DNA from: Prasinococcaceae sp. CCMP 1430
Lineage: Eukaryota > Plantae > Prasinodermophyta
Reading direction: 5' to 3'
Assembly (NCBI GenBank): GCA_013416795.1
Contig: RQSC01000005.1
Coordinates: forward strand, 413,943-477,942
Length of the DNA stretch: 64,000 bases
A model generated the notes under the pieces. The model was not told where the DNA came from and searched no databases. It saw only the letters and a program-made list of their open reading frames with translations. Made by a program: the position numbers and the translations under genes. This document shows, in pieces, positions 1-10,611 of the stretch (the first letter of the stretch is position 1; each line of letters begins with the position of its first letter).

Positions 1-1835
1 GCTCGCGCCCGCCAAAGCGTGGACGTCCCCCAGGAGGGCACGCCTTGAGGCACCCGTGACCACCACAGCAAGCGCGAGGCTCGCGCACACAAGCGGCGAG
101 GGCAGCGCGCACGCGAGCGCGCGAGCGCCAGGCGGGCGCCGGGCGATCACGCACACGGCGTACGCCACGCGCGCGCCCATGCTCGCCATGTTCGCCATCA
201 CGATGCCAGTCGCGGAGAGCGCGCCCGTAGAGCGGTACCACGCGACGCACACGCCCGCCTGCAGCGCCGCTGCCATCGCCAGCGCGAGATTGCCCTGCGC
301 GCGTCGTCGTACATAGTCAGCGACAGGGCGCACGTCGGCTGGGCGCCGACAGCGCGTCGCAGTCCCCTGGGCGCCAGCCTCGCGCGCGGCGAGCATCGCA
401 CGACCGCGCGCCCGTGCGCGCCTGTGCGCTCCGCTCGCGCCTCACCTGCATGAGCTGCCGCGTGCCGGCCACGGCGTGCACGAACGCCTCCGTGATGCCG
501 TTGAGCGCCATCACGAGCACGTACGCGCTGTAGGCGGCCAGCGCGCCCGCGGCGCCCGGCGCGGACGCGCGCGCCTCGCCATAGAGCAACCGCAAGGCCG
601 TGTGTGCGTACGCGGGGCCGAAAGCTGCGCAGACGCCGCCGGCGAGCAGCGCCACCTGCACGCGCCACGGCAGGGCGACGGGAGGCGCGAGCGCGCGCAG
701 GTCGCATCGGGTGAGCGCTCACGTGGCGTGGCGTGCGCGCGCGCGCTCACGCGCGCGCATCCTCGAGCGCGCACGTCACGCGCGCCCACGGACCTTGAGC
801 AGCGCTGCGAGCGCATCCCCCTGCGAATCGGCAACGGCCCGGCGCTCTGCGCGCGTCCGCACGAGCGCCTGCTCCCCTAACCCCGCAGCCTCGCCGTCGC
901 CCTTCGCCCCGCCACCCTTGCCGGAGAGCCTCGCCGACCTGCGCTTCGCGGGCGCCGCCTCCGTGCGACCCGCGCGCGCGTGTGAATCCTGCTCGCGGTC
1001 GAGCTCTCGCTCGCGCGCGGCCGCCTTGGCGAACAGCGCAAACGCCGTCTCCTCGAAGGGCAGCAGCAGCACGCGCGCCACGATCGAGCCGAGATTGTCC
1101 GCCAGCGCGAAGGCGCCGAGTGCTGCGTCGTCCGCCGCGGTGTTGGCAAGCACCAGCGCCGCCTGGGGGCGCGAGCGGGCCAGCGGGTGAGCGACGGGCG
1201 ATGGCGAGGGGGACACGGCACGAGCACACGTGGGTCGCCCGGCACGCCAACGCTCGCACGCCAGGTACACGCGATCGTGCGCGCGCGCACGCCCTCGCGC
1301 ACCTTGACGCCCTCCGCAAGGAGCAGCTTGGCGACCGCCTGTGCAGTGAAGCCGCCCGCGAGCCTCACGATGTGCGCGCTGGGCGCGCCGCGCGGCAGCA
1401 GCGCTCGCGCCCCGCCGCGCACGCGCGCGGCGGCCCACGCCGCGTAGGCCAGCGACATGGCAATGCCGTANCGGCGGCGGCCGCCGCGGGCACGCAAAGC
1501 CACGCGGCGGATGCGACGCCCGGCGGCACGTCCAGCTCCAGGGCTCGCGCGCGCGAGGGGGAGAGGCCTGCGGCTCCCACCGCGCCCTGGGTGGCGCGGC
1601 GCAGCCCCTCGCGCGACACCACGAAGATCGCCGTGGACACGACGTGCATCGTCACCTGGGCGTGCCCCCACACGGCGAGAGGCACCGAGCGCGCGAGCGC
1701 GACGTTGAGCGCGAACGTCGCGAGGCGCGCCGCGGCGGACAGGCCGACGAGGCGGCCGAGCACGCGCCCCAGGGAGGCTCGCGGCGGCGCCTGCGGCGCA
1801 TGGGGCGCAGCCTCCTCTCCCGATGCAGCTCCCAT
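1..1835 (-). CDS. RFT1: RFT1-family Man5GlcNAc2-PP-dolichol translocation protein; 3' end runs off the window
   Basis: Manually spliced exons 1835-1303 (frame broken at n1471), 1162-794, 655-446, 294-<1, all with GT-AG introns. Motifs QAVAKLLLAEG, GAFALADNLGSIVARVLLLPFEE, YVLVMALNGITEAF and GIVMANMASMGARVAY match RFT1. The ATG at 1835 is tentative because a gap follows. Confidence 0.85.
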
Positions 1836-1864
1836 CGCACGGCGCGGGCAGAGCGACGGGTGCG

Positions 1865-2510
1865 NNNNNNNNNNNNNNNNNNNNNNNNNNNNNNNNNNNN
1901 NNNNNNNNNNNNNNNNNNNNNNNNNNNNNNNNNNNNNNNNNNNNNNNNNNNNNNNNNNNNNNNNNNNNNNNNNNNNNNNNNNNNNNNNNNNNNNNNNNNN
2001 NNNNNNNNNNNNNNNNNNNNNNNNNNNNNNNNNNNNNNNNNNNNNNNNNNNNNNNNNNNNNNNNNNNNNNNNNNNNNNNNNNNNNNNNNNNNNNNNNNNN
2101 NNNNNNNNNNNNNNNNNNNNNNNNNNNNNNNNNNNNNNNNNNNNNNNNNNNNNNNNNNNNNNNNNNNNNNNNNNNNNNNNNNNNNNNNNNNNNNNNNNNN
2201 NNNNNNNNNNNNNNNNNNNNNNNNNNNNNNNNNNNNNNNNNNNNNNNNNNNNNNNNNNNNNNNNNNNNNNNNNNNNNNNNNNNNNNNNNNNNNNNNNNNN
2301 NNNNNNNNNNNNNNNNNNNNNNNNNNNNNNNNNNNNNNNNNNNNNNNNNNNNNNNNNNNNNNNNNNNNNNNNNNNNNNNNNNNNNNNNNNNNNNNNNNNN
2401 NNNNNNNNNNNNNNNNNNNNNNNNNNNNNNNNNNNNNNNNNNNNNNNNNNNNNNNNNNNNNNNNNNNNNNNNNNNNNNNNNNNNNNNNNNNNNNNNNNNN
2501 NNNNNNNNNN
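1865..2510. other. Assembly gap (N run)
   Basis: 646 consecutive n. Confidence 1.
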
Positions 2511-4231
2511 CGCGCGCGCGCGCTCACTGGCGCGCGCGTTTCGCACGCGCGGCGCGCGCCCGCTTTTCGCGGCGCCCCTCGCCGCCGCCCCTCGTCGGAG
2601 CTCGGATCAAAAATCCGTACAGATCGGGCCATCCCGGCGCCTCCCGCGAAAATCGTTCCGCCCGGCTGCCCAGCCGCGCATCCACCTTTTGCCGCGACGC
2701 GCTGCGGGCCGCGCGGTGGTTCGTTCGGCCGGCGGCGCCGGCCGCGGCCGCGTGCCTACGGCCCTGCGCCGAAAGACCCGGTCTGACCGCTACGATGACC
2801 CGTATCACACGGACCTCGCCGAACTCATATACCGGTTCCACCTTCAAACGTACCCGGGTTCCAACCCTCCGACCTGCATCGGTATCGTCGATATCGCGTG
2901 ATGGTGCGCTCGGTGGGCCCTCCGACGCGTCATCACGCGTTCCGAGGCGCCGCGCGGCTGTTCTCGGAACTCCGCTTTCGATTGCAACTCGGTCGGTTGT
3001 GACGGACTGTGTTACAAGACATTTTCGCGGTGCGCGCGCGCGCATAATTCGCAGCGGATGCGAAACGTTACACGTTTCCGGAATTCCGTTACGGTGGTTT
3101 GAACCCGCGCGCCAGCATATCCCGCGCCGCGCCGTCGCGGCGAATTACGGATTCGGAATCCGGCCTCGAATCGCCGTGACACAAGGTCAAAACACTAATG
3201 TCTGTCTGCGCCCGCGGCCGCGGCGCTGACGCGACCGCCGCGTCGGAACGGATTCGGATTCGGATTCGGAATTGCGGTCTCGAATCGCCACTTGGTTTCA
3301 TGAAGGGGCACGGCGAAGGGGCATCCCGCGACGCAAATCGCGGGCCGAAGATTGCGTCCGATTTCGCCGCGTTCGGCGCGCCATCGGTCGACGGGGTGCG
3401 CGCGCATCCCCCATCAGCGCGCACTCACGCGGCGCGCGCGCCCGGCGCGCCAACCGCCGCGCGCAATCATCGCGCGGCGATTCTGCCGGTCGGGCCGGCC
3501 CCAACCACTCATCGCCGGAGGCCACCGGGGCCCCGCGCACTGAGTGCGACGACTGTGCCCCTCCTCGGAACCCACGTTCGCGTCGTGGCGATCGATCGAG
3601 GATCCGCGCGCGGATTCGAGGGTGGTGACCTCATCCGGCGCGTCGGGTTACGCACGTGCCCGCCACGGGCGCACCTTTGAGTTTTGACCATGTTAAAACG
3701 TCCCCCCAGGATTTCGCATATCAGCGGCCGCCGCTGGTGGGGTTTCTCGTCGCCGCGGGAACGCCCGTACGGTGGCCCGCGTCGCACGAAATATCCTTGC
3801 ACGACGTGGGCCGAGATACGCCCGCGACGCGTCCGAGCATGTGCGAAACACATCCACACACAGCAGCGCGCACTCACTCGCTGCCGACACGCGCCGTTAT
3901 GAGAACGCCATTTTCCCCGCTTTCGTTTCGCGCGCGCCTCCGTGCGGGGTGCGCGTGGGGGGGGGGGTCCCGCGTCGGCGGGCCGCGCGCTTCCGGACGG
4001 CGCGAGCCCACGTTTTGATGGCGTACCGCGGGCCGCGCGCTCCTTCGCCGGCTTCTTTCGGGCGGGGTTTGCGTTTGTTTCGCGCCCTCGGCCGGATTCG
4101 GCGCCCAGGGATTTGACGCGAATCCGTTTTGACTCCTCGCCGGTGCGTTCCGGCTGCCGGAAAACGTGTGGGAAAAAACCGCGCGCGCGCGCGCGCGCGC
4201 GCGCGCGGCGGGGCGGGGCTGCGTCGGCGCG

Positions 4232-4458
4232 NNNNNNNNNNNNNNNNNNNNNNNNNNNNNNNNNNNNNNNNNNNNNNNNNNNNNNNNNNNNNNNNNNNNN
4301 NNNNNNNNNNNNNNNNNNNNNNNNNNNNNNNNNNNNNNNNNNNNNNNNNNNNNNNNNNNNNNNNNNNNNNNNNNNNNNNNNNNNNNNNNNNNNNNNNNNN
4401 NNNNNNNNNNNNNNNNNNNNNNNNNNNNNNNNNNNNNNNNNNNNNNNNNNNNNNNNNN
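4232..4458. other. Assembly gap (N run)
   Basis: Consecutive n, preceded by a long (GC)n tract at about 4180-4207. Confidence 1.
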
Positions 4459-4962
4459 GCGCGCCGGCGCGCGGGGAAGCAGCGGCGCCGCGCCGCCGCA
4501 GCGCGACGGAAGCGCCCGTCGAAATCGCCTCGCGCCCGCGAGACAAACAAACGGAAAAGATGGCATTTCGGAAGGGGAATGTGGAGGCCTCCTCGAGGCG
4601 GCGACGCCGCGGCGAGCGATTTCGCAGGGGGCATCAGCGCATCTCCAAGTCAATCGTCATGTAACATCCGCGTGTTGTATTCCGTGAATATAAGTTTCCC
4701 GTGGGGTCATATGTACTTACATAGTAGTTTTGATCGCGCCCGGGTGGCTGGGCGTGCGGTGGTGGGAGGAAACGCGGAAACGGCGGAAAGGAGATTCGCG
4801 CGGCGTTTGGGGGCGCGGCGCCGTCGGAGTCCGGGGGAAAACACGGCAACTGAAGCGCGGCGACTGAGTGCGCGGTTGCTGCGTGCGGGGCCTGAAATGA
4901 ACGAACGGACATCGGCTGCGAGGGAGGCGCCGCTCGGGGGGGGAGGGGGTGTGATAATCTCG

Positions 4963-5271
4963 NNNNNNNNNNNNNNNNNNNNNNNNNNNNNNNNNNNNNN
5001 NNNNNNNNNNNNNNNNNNNNNNNNNNNNNNNNNNNNNNNNNNNNNNNNNNNNNNNNNNNNNNNNNNNNNNNNNNNNNNNNNNNNNNNNNNNNNNNNNNNN
5101 NNNNNNNNNNNNNNNNNNNNNNNNNNNNNNNNNNNNNNNNNNNNNNNNNNNNNNNNNNNNNNNNNNNNNNNNNNNNNNNNNNNNNNNNNNNNNNNNNNNN
5201 NNNNNNNNNNNNNNNNNNNNNNNNNNNNNNNNNNNNNNNNNNNNNNNNNNNNNNNNNNNNNNNNNNNNNNN
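4963..5271. other. Assembly gap (N run), probably containing the start of the zinc-finger gene
   Basis: Consecutive n. Confidence 1.
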
Positions 5272-6621
5272 NCGCCCGCCGCAACGCCGGTGGCGGCAGC
5301 GGTGCGAAAGGCAGCACCCGCTGCGGGGGCTCGGGCGGCCGCGGCCGCGGCTGCTGCGGTGCCGAGAAAGACCGCGGCGCCCGCCGACGGGGACAAGCCG
5401 AAGCCAAGCTCGCACGCCACCAGCGGCGGCGCCAACGCGGCGCGGGCCGCACCGGTGGTGAACGGCCGCAAGCGGAAGGCCTCCGCCGGCCCCATCGGCG
5501 ACAGGGGACCGACGTGCCACAAGTGCAGCGCGCCGGCGCGCCTGATCGATGAAAGTTCGAGCAAACGCGAGGGCCTGCCCACCGGCCGGCGCTGCCCGAC
5601 CTGTGCAACCGTGTACCACCTGCACGACTGCGGCAAGCGGTACCTGCGCTGTGGCTTGTTGGACATGCTGGAGCAGTGCCCGATCTGCGCCAAGACGTGC
5701 AACTGCGCCGGCGGACCCGTCATGTGCTACGTGACGGCAAGCCGCCTGAGGATGCAGAAGCGGCGCCAGGCGGCCAAGTCCAGGGAGGGCGCCGCAGCGG
5801 CGGTGCTCCAAGCCGCGACGAAGGAGGCCTCGGATGCCGTGGGCGTGGCCGCGGCGACATCAGGTGCCCAGGTGCCGGGGATGCCCGTCGCCTCCGCCGC
5901 AGGCTGGAACCCCATGATGGCCCTGCCCATGTCGAACGGCCTGATGGCCGCGAAAACGGGCGGGCTCGCGCAGGGCAACGCGCCGCCCATGGACCTGCAA
6001 ACTGCGGCGCTCTGCATGGCCGCGAAGGGCCTACCAGTCAACGCAGGCATGTTCGCGAACGCGAACGCTTTGCTCCCGGGCGGCCAGGCGAACCTGCTGA
6101 TGTCGCAAGTGCCGGCGAATCCGAACCTCCAAACGCACGCACTCCTAGCGGCTCTTGCGACCGCGCAGCAGCAGCAGAATGCCCAGGTGCAGCTGCTCAA
6201 TCAGCTTCAAGAGAAGCTCCAGAAGCAGCGCCAACAACAAGCACAACAGGTGGCTTCGCTCCGGCAGAGTGCACAGCAGGCACAGGTCCAGGCGGCGGCC
6301 GCAGCCGCAGCCGCAGCCGCAGCCGCTGACCAATCGGCACCGCCCTCGGCCGAGGTGGTTTTGGCGGCCGCGGCAGCTGCTGGCCTCGGCAGTGGCCTCA
6401 TGGGCGGCAGCATGGGTTACGGCATGGGCGGCAACATGGGAATCGCGAACCTCCTCGGGCGGGCCGGGGGCGCCAACCTGGCGGCCAACCTGGCGCCAGC
6501 GACAAGCCGGCAGGCGCCAGCGCTGATGCAGGCGCTCGTGCGCCCGGCCCCGCGGCGCACCAGCCCCCCGCCGAGCAAGTTGGAGCAGACAAGCGCGCCC
6601 GCGCGCGCCCCTGTACAATAA
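5272..6621 (+). CDS. Nuclear protein with a zf-4CXXC_R1-like Cys/His zinc finger and a Q/A/G-rich low-complexity tail; 5' end in gap
   Basis: Open frame with high GC3. Pattern TCHKC...CPTC..YHLHDC.KRY...CPICAKTCNC....C. Basic NLS-like RKRK. Poly-Q and poly-A tail. TGTAA at 6677-6681. Confidence 0.7.
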   Translation, partial: XPAATPVAAAVRKAAPAAGARAAAAAAAAVPRKTAAPADGDKPKPSSHATSGGANAARAAPVVNGRKRKASAGPIGDRGPTCHKCSAPARLIDESSSKREGLPTGRRCPTCATVYHLHDCGKRYLRCGLLDMLEQCPICAKTCNCAGGPVMCYVTASRLRMQKRRQAAKSREGAAAAVLQAATKEASDAVGVAAATSGAQVPGMPVASAAGWNPMMALPMSNGLMAAKTGGLAQGNAPPMDLQTAALCMAAKGLPVNAGMFANANALLPGGQANLLMSQVPANPNLQTHALLAALATAQQQQNAQVQLLNQLQEKLQKQRQQQAQQVASLRQSAQQAQVQAAAAAAAAAAAADQSAPPSAEVVLAAAAAAGLGSGLMGGSMGYGMGGNMGIANLLGRAGGANLAANLAPATSRQAPALMQALVRPAPRRTSPPPSKLEQTSAPARAPVQ

Positions 6622-6780
6622 CAGCGCATGTGCGCACATTTGACATGACATGGTGAGCAGAGGATCGCAGTCTTTTTGTAAATATGGCCCTGACAAAGGG
6701 CTACATTCGAACCCCAGCCCACCGCCCGCGCGCACCGGTCGCTGCGCGCACGTGACTACGAGGGCGCTGCTGGTGTCGGC

Positions 6781-8139
6781 TCAGCACTCCTCGAGCGCCC
6801 ATAGCCTGAGGACGCCGTCATCGCCCACCGACGCGAGCGCCACATCGCTGCCAGCGCTGCCCGCGCCGGCTGCTGGCCGCCACGCGACACAGTTGACGTC
6901 TGCCGCGTGCGCGCGCTCAGTGCGGTGCACGACCTCGAGGAACGCCGGCCGCTCTCGTTGCCCTCGCGCCTGATGCACCTGACCATCGTGGCTTGGCCGG
7001 TCTTGCGGGCGCTGGCGCTTGCTGCCCTTGCTGCGCCCGAAAGCGGTCCCCAGCCACCCGGCGATGCCCACGCGGCCGCCCGCGGTTCCCACCTCGCCGC
7101 TTCCTTCGCTCCCGTCCGCACCAGCCGCCGTCGGACCTTCGCCCATGGCCTCACCGGACATTGCATCGGCAGCATCGTCGCAGACCCCGCGACTGCACCC
7201 CCCGCCACACCTCAGCAGACAAATGGCGTCGTCACCGCCGCCGGTGGCGACGAGGCCACTCGCCTCGATGTCATCGGCGCGCTGCCAGTCGACCGTGTAT
7301 ACTGGCCCTTGGTGCACGTCGGGCGCGGCCGTCGCGAGCGTCCAGCCGGAGTGCGCGCCGTCGCTGCTGCCAGCCCGCCACCACAGTGCGACGTGCCGAT
7401 CGGCGCCGCAAGTGACCAGACGCGCACCAGCCGTGTCGAAGGCGAGGCCCCACACGGTGGACGAATGCCCCCCAGGCAGCTCGCCCGCGCCGCCGCCATC
7501 GGGGGAAGCCACCACCGAAGCGCCTGGCGTGCCGTCGGACGCCTCCGCGACGCCGAGCGTCTGCGTGCAGTGCCAGTCGTCTTCATTCATCTCATCGGCC
7601 CACACGCGCACGGTATTGTCGTAAGACGCCGACAGGAGCACGGGCTCGGTGGGGTGCCACGCGACGCACTTGACGTCGGCAGCGTGGCCACTGAGCACAG
7701 CGGCGCAGTCGAACTCGTTGTCCTCCTCGGCCGCCCACACCCAAACGGTTCGGTCGCGTCCGCATGTCGCAAGCAGCTCGCCTCCGGCGCCCCAGGCGAC
7801 TGCCTTGACCTCGCTTTCATGGCCCTCCAGCACTGCCCGCTGCACCCACTCGCCGCCCGCGCCCTGCTCCTCGTACACCACCACCGTGCCGTCGAACGCG
7901 GCTGCCGCGAACCGCCGCCCGCACGGCGAGAGCGCCACGCGCCGCACGGTGCGTGCAGCGACCGCATCGACCTCGCCAACGCACTCCCAAACCCCGCCGA
8001 CGAGAGCCCACACGCGCACGCATCGGTCCGCGCCGCACGTGAGCACGCGGCGCCCAGCCGCGTCCCACGCGCAGCACCACGCCGCCGAGCCGTCCGCCGA
8101 CGCCGGCAGCGCCGCCACCTCGCGCAGCCGAGGGGCCAT
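6781..8139 (-). CDS. CIA1: Cytosolic Fe-S cluster assembly WD40 protein CIA1/CIAO1 (452 aa, single exon)
   Basis: WD40 repeats with CIA1-type motifs EGHESEVKAVAW, LATCGRDRTVWVW, EFDCAAVLSGH..DVKCVAWHP, SASYDNTVRVW, DDWHCTQTL. Confidence 0.92.
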   Translation of the reverse strand: MAPRLREVAALPASADGSAAWCCAWDAAGRRVLTCGADRCVRVWALVGGVWECVGEVDAVAARTVRRVALSPCGRRFAAAAFDGTVVVYEEQGAGGEWVQRAVLEGHESEVKAVAWGAGGELLATCGRDRTVWVWAAEEDNEFDCAAVLSGHAADVKCVAWHPTEPVLLSASYDNTVRVWADEMNEDDWHCTQTLGVAEASDGTPGASVVASPDGGGAGELPGGHSSTVWGLAFDTAGARLVTCGADRHVALWWRAGSSDGAHSGWTLATAAPDVHQGPVYTVDWQRADDIEASGLVATGGGDDAICLLRCGGGCSRGVCDDAADAMSGEAMGEGPTAAGADGSEGSGEVGTAGGRVGIAGWLGTAFGRSKGSKRQRPQDRPSHDGQVHQARGQRERPAFLEVVHRTERAHAADVNCVAWRPAAGAGSAGSDVALASVGDDGVLRLWALEEC

Positions 8140-8573
8140 GCCGCCGTGCGGCCGCCCGCCTCCCGCGCCGCTCCGCCAACGTGCGACGGTGGAGCCTCCG
8201 GGACACCAACCCGTCTCGCCCCGACGACGCTACGTCGCCGCCCTTCCCTTCTCTCCCGCCGCCCCCCCTCCCCCACTCTCGCTCGCGGTGTGCCGCCGCC
8301 CCCCACGCTGCGCAGCGCGGCACGGCCGCCGCCGCCTCGCGCGCAGGCATTCGGGCGCCGCCGGGCGCCATTGGCCCCGCCATCGACACTTCACCCCGTC
8401 GTTTACACACACATCACATTCACATGTCATTTCGTCGCACGACGCGCGGATTCCCCCATTGAAATGACGCCATCCGTAATATTATTAGACCCTACCCTAA
8501 CTATAACCTCAACCTTCCGAGACCGGCGCCGGGCCGACGCGCGGCTGCTCCCGGCCATGCGCTGTGACGTAGG

Positions 8574-8581
8574 TAGGGTTT
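8574..8581. promoter_or_regulatory. Telo-box (TAGGGTTT) in the CIA1/RAD51 divergent promoter
   Basis: Exact 8-mer, with degenerate ACCCTA/AACCT copies at 8488-8514. Confidence 0.5.
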
Positions 8582-9023
8582 GCTTCATGGCGCGGGCGAC
8601 CCTTCGGGTTTAGCCCGGCGTTTTGCAGTTCATTCGCATGCGCATCGGCGCGCGCGCGCGCGCGTGGGGTTGGTTTGGGGTTTTTTGGCGGAGGCGGCGC
8701 GCGCGCGCGCGCCTCCGCGCGCGGCGCGCCGACGCAGCCTCGGAAATGTTCGCGAGGCCTCAGACGGATGCGTTTTGATGGCGAGGCGCGCGGAGCCGCG
8801 CCGCGCGGAATGGCCGTCCCGCCGGAAAATCTTTGAACGCGGGGCGAAAGGCGCGCGCGCGGATGCGCGGCGACGCCGCGCCACACGCCGCGCGGCCGTC
8901 GCGCAAGAGGGCGGGCGAGGGGCGCAGGGCGAGGCGGGGGCGGCAGGGAGAGAGAGAGGAAGCTGCTGCGGGGGGCGCTGGGTGGGCGCGTGGCGCTCCA
9001 GGCAGGCGGCCAGGCCGGCAGCC

Positions 9024-10182
9024 ATGGCGGCGGCCGTCGCCGAGCAGGTGATGCAGGAGAACGTGGAGATGCAGGACGAGGAGGAGCAGATGGACACCGG
9101 GCCGGTGCCGCTGCAGGCGCTGGAGGGGCAGATCACGGGCATCACGTCCGGTGACCTCAAGAAGCTCATCGACGCGGGCTTCACGACTATGGAGGCAGTG
9201 GGCCGCTCGACGAAGAAGTCGCTCATCGAAGTCAAGGGCATCAGGTGCGTCCGCGTGGCGCGCTCTGCGCACTGGCCGGCAGGCGCGCGCGCACACGCGC
9301 TGTATCCCTGCCTGCTGGCAGCCGCTGTGTCTGACCCCGACCACACGCGCACGCGAACGTAGCGAGAACAAAGCGGACAAGCTCATGGAGTACATCTCCA
9401 ACCACCTGCAGATGGGGTTCACCAGCGCGGCCGACCACGCGCTGCAGCGTCAGGACATGGTGATGGTGTCGACGGGCGCAAAGGAGCTCGACAAGATTCT
9501 CGAGGGCGGGCTGGAGACGGGGTCCATCACGGAGATCTACGGCGAGTTCCGCACAGGCAAGACGCAGCTCTGTCATACGCTGTGCGTGACGTGCCAGCTG
9601 CCAATGGACCAGGGCGGGGGCGAGGGCAAGGCGTTGTATATCGACACGGAGGGCACATTCCGCCCGCAGCGCCTCGTGCAGATCGCCGAGCGCTTCGGCC
9701 TGAACGCGCAGGACGTGCTGGACAACGTGGCGTACGCGCGCGCGTACAATAGCGACCACCAGAGCCAGCTGCTCCTGCAGGCCGCCAGTATGATGACCGA
9801 GCAGCGCTTCGCGCTGCTGATCGTCGACAGTGCGACTGCGCTCTACCGCACGGACTACAACGGCCGTGGGGAGCTGAGCGCGCGCCAGGTGCACCTCGGC
9901 AGGTTCCTGAGGAGCCTGCAGCGGCTAGCCGACGAATTCGGCATCGCGGTCGTGGTGACCAACCAGGTCGTGGCCAAGGTCGACGGTGGCCCCATGGCAT
10001 TCGGGCCACAGATCGCGCCCATCGGCGGCAACATCATTGCGCATGCCAGCACCACGCGCCTCTGGCTCAAGAAGGGCCGCGGCGAGAACCGCGTGTGCAA
10101 GATCGTTTGCTCGCCGAGTTTGCCCGAGGCAGACGCGGAGTTCGCGATCTCGCCCGAGGGCGTGGTCGACAGCAAGGGCTAA
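9024..10182 (+). CDS. RAD51: RAD51 recombinase
   Basis: Exons 9024-9244 and 9363-10182; intron 9245-9362 (GTGCGT...CTGAC...TAG). Walker [32 protein letters not shown], Walker [33 protein letters not shown]. Loop residues favour RAD51 over DMC1. Confidence 0.96.
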
Positions 10183-10611
10183 ATCCCTCCCCCGGCCCCC
10201 CTCTCCCGACACCCAACCCCTCCACACACACATACGCTTCTCCACACGTGTGCCCGGCGGCGCCGCCGCAAGCTCAGGGCTGGCACTGCGTGCGGCTAAT
10301 TCGCCGCAGGTCGGCTGCCCATGTAACACTATGATCCCCTCCCCATGTTATTGGTGGGAGGCGCCAACGTCCTGTGACACGCGCTGCCCGCCGCGCCGCT
10401 CTACTCGCGGGCGCGCCCTGAGTGAGCAGAGCGCCCGACTCGAGCCTGTGATAGTGATTGAACTGAGGTGTGCCGACTGTGCATGTGTCGCGAGGCAAAC
10501 CCCATTATTAGTCTAGACTAGTCGTCTAGAGTAGCGAGCGCGCGACACGCGACCACAAGGAGACGCGCTCGCCCTCGCACCTCACGGCGCGGCTCCGCGG
10601 CCGCGCTCGCG

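Noticed and set aside
982-6621. Long ORFs of 300-830 aa crossing N runs
   Set aside because: They are open only because n codons cannot be stops; not evidence of genes
6907-8613. Long antisense and alternative-frame ORFs (here opposite CIA1; similar ones opposite Lon, ATM, RAD51, SulP)
   Set aside because: Shadow ORFs expected from high GC and GC3 bias; Arg/Ala/Pro-rich with no domain motifs
10509-10520. Perfect palindrome TAGTCTAGACTA between RAD51 and LSM11 as a terminator or U7-related element
   Set aside because: A single 12-mer with no supporting structure, U-tract or Sm site; could be chance
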